Assembly (NCBI GenBank): GCA_046597055.1
Contig: JBKJLC010000119.1
Location: forward strand, 1 to 19,886
Length of the DNA stretch: 19,886 bases
Reading direction: 5' to 3'
Origin: Kofleriaceae bacterium
GTDB taxonomy: Bacteria; Myxococcota_A; Polyangia; Haliangiales; Haliangiaceae
Under the pieces are notes generated by a model. It did no database searches and was not told where the DNA came from. It saw only the letters and a list, made by a program, of their open reading frames with translations. Every line of letters starts with the position of its first letter. Position 1 is the first letter of the stretch. The position numbers were made by a program, and so were the translations under genes. Below are positions 1 to 6,133 of this stretch, piece by piece.

Positions 1-25
1 GGCGCTCCTGGGTTTCGGGTGGCTC
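1..25 (+). repeat. ISL3 left terminal inverted repeat
   Basis: 20/25 match to the reverse complement of 1538-1562; begins with GG as ISL3 ends do. Confidence 0.8.
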
Positions 26-317
26 TCCGAGGAGAGCCGGTCGGCGCGTACCGGTGAACCTCGGGGCCTCCACTGCGCGTGTCAGGAGTCACGATCCTGC
101 ACTGGCCGGGGCAAGCCTTGGGCCCCGGCCTGGAAGGCTGCCAGCGGGGCGCGGAGGCGCGGTCAAGGACGGGCGAAGCCCGCCGCGAAGCGGCGCGAGC
201 CCAGCGAGCGTCCTGGACGGCGCCGAGCACGCCGCTTCCCGGCGGCGCGCGCTGGGGCTCGCGTGGAGCCTGCGGAAGCCTCGTGCCAGCGGTCGCCGGT
301 ACGAGTAATTTCGGACG

Positions 318-1559
318 ATGCGTGACACCGACCTCTACCGAAAGCTGCTTGGTCTTGAGACGCCATGGACGGTCGGTCGCGTCGAACTCGACGTGAAGAA
401 GCGCCGGGTCGATGTGTTTGCCGAACACAGCAAGCCCAAGACCTGGCCGTGCCCCGAATGCGGCACCGGCTGCGGCCTCCACGACCACGACGAGGAGCAT
501 GCCTGGCGGCACCTGGACAGCTGCCAGTTCGAGACCCACCTCCATGCGCGGCTTCCGCGGGTGAAGTGCCCCACGCACGGCGTGCGCCAGGTCCGCGTGC
601 CGTGGGCCGAGCCGCGGTCGCGGTTCACCGCGCTGTTCGAGCGCTTCGCGATCGAGGTGATGCTCGAGACCAGCATCGCTGGCGCCGCGAAGATCCTCGG
701 CCTGAGCTGGGACGAGGCCCATCACGTGATGGAACGCGCGGTGGCGCGGGGCCTGGCTCGGCGCCCGCATCAGGTCCCGCGCGTGATGGGCATCGATGAG
801 AAATCGTTGAGGAAAGGGCATCGCTTCGCCACGATCGTGAGCGACCTCGAGACCGGCCACGTGATCAATCTCGCCGAGGGGCGCACGAAGAGCAGCCTGC
901 TCCATTGCTTGGGCGCGTTCTCGATCAACGACCTGGCGGCGGTCGAGGCCGTTGCCATGGACATGTCGGGCCCGTACTTCCATCAGATCCGCGCGATCGT
1001 GGACGACGCCGACAAGAAGATCGTGTTCGACCGCTTCCACATCGTCGCGCACATGAACGACGCGGTCGACAAGGTCCGGCGCCAGGAGAACAAGCTCCTG
1101 CGTGCCGACGGTGACGAGCGGCTTGTGGGGTCCAAGCACATGTGGCTCTACGCCGAGGAGAACCTTCCCGACAAGTACGAGGTCGACTTCGCGGCATTGC
1201 GCTCGTCGAACCTCAAGACGGCGCGTACCTGGGCGATCAAGGAGTCGCTTCGGCAGCTCTGGAACCAGCGTAGCCGCGCCGCTGGGGAGCGCTGGTGGAA
1301 GCGCTGGTACGGCTGGGCGGTCCGCTCGCAACTCGCGCCGGTGAAGAAGGTCGCCGCCATGATGAAGCGACACCTACCGAACGTGCTGACCTACTTCAAA
1401 CACCGCATCACCAACGCTGGGAGCGAGGCTATCAACTCCGTAATCCAGATGTTGAAGAAGCGTGCATTCGGCTACCGTAACTTCGAGAACTTCCGCACCG
1501 TCGTGCTGTTCCGGTGCGGCGGATTGTCCCTATTGCCGAGCCACCCGAATCCCGGATGA
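318..1559 (+). CDS. ISL3 family transposase
   Basis: 413 aa; zinc-finger CPECG...CPTHG, WRHLD, PWAEPRSRFT, GIDEKS, VAMDM, FDRFH, TNAGSEAINSVIQMLKKRAFGYRNFENF; the stop codon lies inside the right IR. Confidence 0.96.
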   Translation: MRDTDLYRKLLGLETPWTVGRVELDVKKRRVDVFAEHSKPKTWPCPECGTGCGLHDHDEEHAWRHLDSCQFETHLHARLPRVKCPTHGVRQVRVPWAEPRSRFTALFERFAIEVMLETSIAGAAKILGLSWDEAHHVMERAVARGLARRPHQVPRVMGIDEKSLRKGHRFATIVSDLETGHVINLAEGRTKSSLLHCLGAFSINDLAAVEAVAMDMSGPYFHQIRAIVDDADKKIVFDRFHIVAHMNDAVDKVRRQENKLLRADGDERLVGSKHMWLYAEENLPDKYEVDFAALRSSNLKTARTWAIKESLRQLWNQRSRAAGERWWKRWYGWAVRSQLAPVKKVAAMMKRHLPNVLTYFKHRITNAGSEAINSVIQMLKKRAFGYRNFENFRTVVLFRCGGLSLLPSHPNPG

Positions 1560-1562
1560 GCC
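1538..1562 (-). repeat. ISL3 right terminal inverted repeat
   Basis: GAGCCACCCGAATCCCGGATGAGCC, the inverted partner of 1-25. Confidence 0.85.
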
Positions 1563-1637
1563 CGGAAGGTCAGGGAACTTGCACGCCCCTATCAGGGTCA
1601 CACCGGCAACACATATACGAAGATTGCTTGGTCTCAT
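1563..1637 (-). pseudogene. 5' fragment of a lipoprotein gene interrupted by the ISL3 element
   Basis: Minus strand: AGGAG (1650-1646), 8 nt, ATG at 1637, then MRPSNLRICVAGVTLIGAC-KFPDLP running into the IS end. It has a basic N-region, a hydrophobic stretch and the lipobox IGA-C. Confidence 0.65.
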
Positions 1638-1930
1638 ATCGCCTTCTCCTGTCGAGTGAAGCCCCACGGCCGAGCCTGGGACTTGGTGCCCGCCATCTGT
1701 TGCTCATCCTACCTATCGCGCAAGATGGCGTCGGGTTGCGCGGTGCCACCGCGCGGTGCTCGTGGTCGCTTGAACCCGGGGTTGCGCCGCAGACCGGCGC
1801 GGGCGCACATCGCGGATGCCGCCGAGGTCTTCGGGGCCGGGCGACGTGCCCATATGCGTGGCACCGGTGGCCGGCAAGTAACCGGCGTACCTCGGTGGGC
1901 CTGTCAGGCCCGGGTGCTACCAACCGGGGC

Positions 1931-2320
1931 ATGCAGGCGGAGGCTGCGACGGGCTCGGGGTACGGGGAGCTGGTGCTCACGTCGCTGCTGGTGCTGGTGA
2001 TCGTGTGCGCGATGGCGTGGGCCGCCGTGCGGGTCCTGGGTCGGTGGATGGAGGGCCGGCGGGTTGGGGGCGGGGTGGCGGTGGTCGCGCGGGTGCCGCT
2101 CGAGCCGCGGCGCGCGCTGTATGTCATCGAGGCGGGTGGGCGGACGCTGCTGCTGGGGTCGAGCGAGATGGGGGTGACCCTCATCGCCGAGCTCGACGGC
2201 GCGGCGATGGCGGCCGCCGAGGCGGCCCAGCCGAGGCCACGGCCGTTCGGGGCCGCGGTCGGTGATGCGCTGGCCCGCGCGCTGGTGCGGCGCCGGGTGC
2301 CGCCCGAGGACCGCTCGTGA
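1931..2320 (+). CDS. fliO: FliO/FliZ-like export-gate assembly protein
   Basis: Start at ATG 1931, in frame with ORF 1514-2320. One N-terminal TM helix, then VVARVPLEPRRALYVIEAGGRTLLLGSSEMGVTLIAEL, the typical FliO cytoplasmic pattern. Overlaps fliP by 4 nt (GTGA). Confidence 0.8.
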   Translation: MQAEAATGSGYGELVLTSLLVLVIVCAMAWAAVRVLGRWMEGRRVGGGVAVVARVPLEPRRALYVIEAGGRTLLLGSSEMGVTLIAELDGAAMAAAEAAQPRPRPFGAAVGDALARALVRRRVPPEDRS

Positions 2321-2994
2321 CGGTCGAGGGCGCGCTGGCGGTCGCGGCGGTGGCGATCGTGCCGCTGGTCGCGCTGATGCTGTCGGCGTTCGTGAAGATG
2401 TCGGTCGTGCTGGCGCTGGTCCGGAACGCGATCGGGACGCCGGAGGCGCCGCCGGCCCTGGTGGTGACCGGGCTGGCGTTCATCCTGACCGCGTTCGTGA
2501 TGACCCCGGTGGCGCAGCAGGTGGTCGATGCGGTGGCGGTGCCGGCGGCGGGATCCGCGCCGGGCGGAGCTGGGCCCGCGAGGACGGGGCCGGTGGTGCC
2601 GGCGCTGCCCGAGGGTGCGGTGGCATGGGCGGCGGCGGCGGCGCGTGGCGCGGGGCCGGTGCGTGCCTTTCTCGGCAAGCACGCGCACGCCGAGGATCGG
2701 TCGACGTTCCTGGCGCTGGCGCGCGAGCTGCGCGGCGCCGAGGTCGCCGAGGACGACCTGCTGGTGCTGGCCGCGGCGTTCGTCACCAGCGAGCTGACCG
2801 AGGCGTTCGCGATCGCGTTCCTCGTGTTCATCCCGTTCCTGGTGATCGACCTGGTGGTCGGCATCGGGCTCGGCGCGCTCGGGCTGTCGGCGACGCCGCC
2901 CGCGACGGTGGCGCTGCCGCTCAAGCTGCTGCTGTTCGTCGCGGTCGATGGCTGGCGCCTGCTGGTCGGCGGGTTGATCCGGGGCTACCTGTGA
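2317..2994 (+). CDS. fliP: FliP/SctR family export-gate protein (divergent)
   Basis: SAFVKMSVVLALVRNAIG..PP, AFVTSELTEAF, FIPFLVIDLVV, LPLKLLLFVAVDGW; no long N-terminal signal peptide. Confidence 0.93.
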   Translation: MTVEGALAVAAVAIVPLVALMLSAFVKMSVVLALVRNAIGTPEAPPALVVTGLAFILTAFVMTPVAQQVVDAVAVPAAGSAPGGAGPARTGPVVPALPEGAVAWAAAAARGAGPVRAFLGKHAHAEDRSTFLALARELRGAEVAEDDLLVLAAAFVTSELTEAFAIAFLVFIPFLVIDLVVGIGLGALGLSATPPATVALPLKLLLFVAVDGWRLLVGGLIRGYL

Positions 2995-3016
2995 CGGCCC
3001 GACCGCGGCGGCGGCG

Positions 3017-3283
3017 ATGACGGCGGCGCTGGTCGACCTGGCGCGCGAGGGGCTGCTGCTGGCGCTGGCGCTGGCGGCGCCGCTGGTGCTCGCGGCGCTG
3101 GTGGCCGGCGCGGTGACGGCGATCATCGGGGTGGTGACGCAGGTGCGCGATCCGGCGCTGGGCATGGCGCCGCGGGTGGCCGCGGTCGCGCTCGCGCTGG
3201 TGCTGACGGCGCCGATGATCGCGCAGCAGGCGTCCGCCTTTGCGACCCGGGCGCTGACGATGGTCGCCCAGGTCCAGGGGTGA
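3017..3283 (+). CDS. fliQ: FliQ/SctS family export-gate protein
   Basis: 88 aa with two hydrophobic helices; EGLLLAL..AAPLVLAALVAG..VTQVRDPALGMAPRV matches the FliQ pattern; lies between fliP and fliR. Confidence 0.88.
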   Translation: MTAALVDLAREGLLLALALAAPLVLAALVAGAVTAIIGVVTQVRDPALGMAPRVAAVALALVLTAPMIAQQASAFATRALTMVAQVQG

Positions 3284-3284
3284 C

Positions 3285-4028
3285 ATGGACCCGGCCGCGC
3301 TCGGGTTCGACGGCTGGGCGCTCGTGCTGGCGCTGGCGCGGGTCGCGCCGGCGATCCTGATCGCGCCGTCGGCGACCGGGCTGGCGGTGCCCCGGGTGGC
3401 GCTGGGCGCGGTGGCGCTGGCGATCGCCGCGGTGGTCGCGACCGGGCTGGCGGCCGGGGCCGGGGTGCTCGCGGCCGCGGGCTGGCCCGAGCGCCTGCTG
3501 CTGCTCGGGCGCGAGGCGCTGATCGGCGCGGTGCTCGGGGTGGTGGCGGCGGTGCCGCTGGCCGCGGCGGCGACCGCCGGGCGGTGGGCCGCGACCGTGG
3601 CCGACGAGGCGCCTGGGTCGGCGCCGTGGGGCTCGCTGTTCGCGCTGGTCGGCGCGCTGGTGTTCTTCGCGGTCGGCGGGCATCTCGCGCTGGTGGGGGC
3701 GCTGGGGCGGTCGTACCGGGTGCTGCCAGTGGTCGGCGGGGCGGGCGCGGTCGGGGCCGGCGTGGAGCACGTCGTCGCTGCCGGCGCGGGGCTGTTCGTC
3801 ACCGCGCTGGCGATGGCGGCGCCGCTGGTGGTCGCCGCGGTGATCGCGGCCCTGGTCGTCGGTGCGGCCGAGCGGGCGGTGGGCCTGCCCGGCCTCCTGG
3901 TGCCGGAGCTGGCGCTGCGCCGGCTGGTGCTGGTGCTCGCGCTGGCCGCCGCGGTGCTGGCGATCGCGCTGGCGGTGGCCGGTGAGGCCCGAGCGCTGCC
4001 GGCTGCGCTCGAGCGCGCGCTCACCTGA
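3285..4028 (+). CDS. fliR: FliR/SctT family export-gate protein (divergent)
   Basis: 247 aa polytopic protein; LARV..APS, REALIGAVLG, FFAVGGHLALVGALGRSYRVLP, ALAMAAPLVVA; follows fliQ. Confidence 0.85.
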   Translation: MDPAALGFDGWALVLALARVAPAILIAPSATGLAVPRVALGAVALAIAAVVATGLAAGAGVLAAAGWPERLLLLGREALIGAVLGVVAAVPLAAAATAGRWAATVADEAPGSAPWGSLFALVGALVFFAVGGHLALVGALGRSYRVLPVVGGAGAVGAGVEHVVAAGAGLFVTALAMAAPLVVAAVIAALVVGAAERAVGLPGLLVPELALRRLVLVLALAAAVLAIALAVAGEARALPAALERALT

Positions 4029-4144
4029 CGGCCGGGCGCTGGCGCACCCGGGCGGGCCCAGGCACGCCTGCCGGCCGAGGTTGCTCACCTGACTGCCGGC
4101 GGCGCAGGCGCGCCCGGCCGGGCCCAGGCACGCCTGCCGAGGTT
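4019..4144. repeat. Imperfect ~64-bp tandem duplication between convergent fliR and flhB
   Basis: Unit 1 (4019-4082) and unit 2 (4083-4144) both read GCTCACCTGAC...GGGCCCAGGCACGCCTGCCG...AGGTT; unit 1 contains the fliR stop codon. Confidence 0.85.
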
Positions 4145-4157
4145 GGCTCGGATTGCG

Positions 4158-5159
4158 CTATGCCGCGCGCGCCGTGACCGGCGGTGCCAGGCCGAGCGCT
4201 GCCAGCACCGCGACCACCCGGGGTTGATGGGCGGCCGCGACCGGCCCGGCCGGGAGGGCGGCCAGGTCCTCGTCGGCGAAGATCGGGACGCCGCGATGGC
4301 GGGCGGCGGCGACCAGGGCATGCGCGGCCAGCCCGGCCGCGGTGGCGACCACGTCGGGCGCGAGCACGCCGGTGCGCCAGCGGATCGCGGCTGCCGACCG
4401 GGCGCCGACCAGGACCATGGTGGCGAGCGCGACCCGGTCGCGCGGGTCGGGGCCGTGGGCGCGACGCTGACGCTGGCGCATGCCGGGGTCCCCGGCGGAC
4501 TCGCGCCGCTCGTCGCGCGCCTCGCGGTCGGTCATCCGTAGCGCGGTGGCCAGGCGGCGGTGGCGAACGACCACGTCGAGCGCCGCGAGCGCGACCGCGG
4601 CGGCCGCGAGGTGGGCGAGGGCGGCGATCGCGAACGCGCCGGCGGCGTGCGCGATCGCGGTCGGCGCGGCGGCGGCGAGCCGCGTGAGCCCGACCAGGTG
4701 GCCGAGCACGAAGCTGGCGCCGACCGCGAGCAGGATCGCGGCGCGGACGACCGCGAGCACGGCGTCGGTGGCGGCCCCGCCCAGGCCAGCGGGCGCGGCC
4801 GGCGCACCGCGCACGTCCCGGCGCGGGACGAACAGTCCGCGGGCGAGGGCGGCGCCGGCGACCAGGCCGCCGACCGCGGCGGCGATGACGATCGGCGCCA
4901 CGATCGCGCCGAGGTCGACCAGCACCCCGCTCACATCGAACGCCCGGGCGCGCGCGGCCGCGCCTGGCTCGGCCGCGGTCGCGAGGGTGGTCCGGGCGAG
5001 GCTCAGCAGCAGGCGCGCGCCCGTCACCAGCGCTGCGGCGGTGGCTGCGACCGCGGCCGCCAGCGCGACGGCAGCGGTCCACGCCGGGCTCTCCAGGACC
5101 AAGCCGGCCTTGCGGGCCAGCGCGACCCGGCGCGCCGAGGGCGGAAGGCGACGGTCCAC
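4158..5159 (-). CDS. flhB: FlhB/SctU family protein lacking the NPTH autocleavage motif
   Basis: C-terminal 333 aa of ORF 4158-6020. Motifs: RRLPPSARRVALARKAG (cf. KTExPTxKKLxxARxKG), TM helices, LRMTDREARDERRESAGDP (cf. LKMTKQEVKDExKxxEGDP), APDVVA, AARHRGVPIFAD. GTG 5159 chosen as start because a TAGCGT box lies 7 nt upstream; CTG 5189 is an alternative. Confidence 0.85.
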   Translation of the reverse strand: MDRRLPPSARRVALARKAGLVLESPAWTAAVALAAAVAATAAALVTGARLLLSLARTTLATAAEPGAAARARAFDVSGVLVDLGAIVAPIVIAAAVGGLVAGAALARGLFVPRRDVRGAPAAPAGLGGAATDAVLAVVRAAILLAVGASFVLGHLVGLTRLAAAAPTAIAHAAGAFAIAALAHLAAAAVALAALDVVVRHRRLATALRMTDREARDERRESAGDPGMRQRQRRAHGPDPRDRVALATMVLVGARSAAAIRWRTGVLAPDVVATAAGLAAHALVAAARHRGVPIFADEDLAALPAGPVAAAHQPRVVAVLAALGLAPPVTARAA

Positions 5160-5166
5160 AGCGGCG

Positions 5167-5175
5167 ACGCTATCA
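5167..5175 (-). promoter_or_regulatory. Putative extended -10 box for leaderless flhB
   Basis: Minus strand TGA-TAGCGT, 7 nt, GTG(5159); no Shine-Dalgarno. Confidence 0.5.
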
Positions 5176-5230
5176 TCACGTTGCGACAGTGGCTTGCGTG
5201 GGGCGGTTCGCGGTCCCGCATGACCCGGGC

Positions 5231-5236
5231 TAGAGT
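5231..5236 (+). promoter_or_regulatory. Putative -10 box for leaderless galU
   Basis: TAGAGT, 7 nt, ATG(5244); no Shine-Dalgarno. Confidence 0.5.
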
Positions 5237-5243
5237 GCGGCGC

Positions 5244-6131
5244 ATGCCCGCCACGGTTCGCAAGGCTGTCATCCCCGCCGCGGGGCTCGGTACCCGCTTT
5301 CTGCCCGCCACCAAGGCGATCCCGAAAGAGATGCTGCCGATCGTCGACATCCCGACGATCCAGCTGGTGATCGACGAGGCGGCGCGCGCTGGCATCCGTG
5401 ACGTCGTCGTGGTCAACGGCCGCGGCAAGTCGGCGATCGAGGACCACTTCGATCACGCCTACGAGCTCGAGCACACGCTGCGCGAGCGCGGCAAGACCGC
5501 CGATGCCGACGCGCTGGTCGCGATCTCGAAGCTGGTCCGCATCATCTCGGTCCGCCAGCAGCAGCCGCTTGGCCTCGGTCACGCGGTGCTGTGCGCCCGC
5601 CACGTGGTCGGCGACGAGCCGTTCGCGGTGCTGCTCGGCGACGACCTGGTCGACGACGACGAGCGTCCGGGTATCGGACAGCTTTGCGACGCCCACGCGG
5701 CCACCGGCGCCGGCGCGATCGCGGTCATGGAGGTCGCGGCCGGGCAGGAGCACCTCTACGGCATCGTCGCTGGTGACTGGGTCGGCGACGGCGGGTCGCG
5801 GCGGATGCGGATCCGCGACATGATCGAGAAGCCGAAAGCCGGCACCGCGCCCAGCCGGTTCGCGATCATCGGCCGCTACGTGCTGCCGCCGTCGGTGTGG
5901 GCGATCCTCGAGGCGACCCCGCCCGGGCATGGCGGCGAGATCCAGTTGACCGACGCGCTGCGCCAGCTCGCCGCGTCGAGCGACGGCCTGTACGGGGTGG
6001 TGCTGTCGGGCGTGCGTCACGACGCCGGCGACAAGGTCGGCTACCTCCGCGCGAACCTCGCCTACGCGCTCAAGCGGCCCGCGCTGCGCGAGCCGGTGCT
6101 GGCGATGATGCGCGAGCTGCTCGCCACCTGA
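5244..6131 (+). CDS. galU: UTP--glucose-1-phosphate uridylyltransferase
   Basis: KAVIPAAGLGTRFLPATKAIPKEMLP, IEDHFD, QQPLGLGHAV, LLGDD, IEKP, GEIQLTDAL; start ATG 5244. Confidence 0.97.
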   Translation: MPATVRKAVIPAAGLGTRFLPATKAIPKEMLPIVDIPTIQLVIDEAARAGIRDVVVVNGRGKSAIEDHFDHAYELEHTLRERGKTADADALVAISKLVRIISVRQQQPLGLGHAVLCARHVVGDEPFAVLLGDDLVDDDERPGIGQLCDAHAATGAGAIAVMEVAAGQEHLYGIVAGDWVGDGGSRRMRIRDMIEKPKAGTAPSRFAIIGRYVLPPSVWAILEATPPGHGGEIQLTDALRQLAASSDGLYGVVLSGVRHDAGDKVGYLRANLAYALKRPALREPVLAMMRELLAT

Positions 6132-6133
6132 GC

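Larger units (their letters stand above)
1..1562 (+). mobile_element. ISL3-family insertion sequence, apparently complete
   Basis: Imperfect 25-bp terminal inverted repeats (20/25 identical) flank a single ISL3 transposase. Left end at 1-25 is GGCGCTCCTGGGTTTCGGGTGGCTC; the reverse complement of 1538-1562 is GGCTCATCCGGGATTCGGGTGGCTC. Confidence 0.9.

Noticed and set aside
1514..1930. Long N-terminal extension of fliO starting inside the IS
   Set aside because: Crosses the IS end and the opposite-strand lipoprotein fragment; FliO-like sequence begins at ATG 1931.
1931..5159. Calling this a flagellar motility operon
   Set aside because: No structural, motor, FlhA or ATPase genes in the window, and key motifs are altered; motility cannot be inferred.
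4560..5243. N-terminal extension of galU in the ORF track (likewise priA from 5897 and rsmB from 12128)
   Set aside because: These overlap neighbouring genes; family motifs start at 5244, 6134 and 12737.
5190..6020. N-terminal extension of the 620-aa minus ORF (apparent FlhB fusion)
   Set aside because: Mostly antisense to galU; FlhB similarity starts only near 5159.
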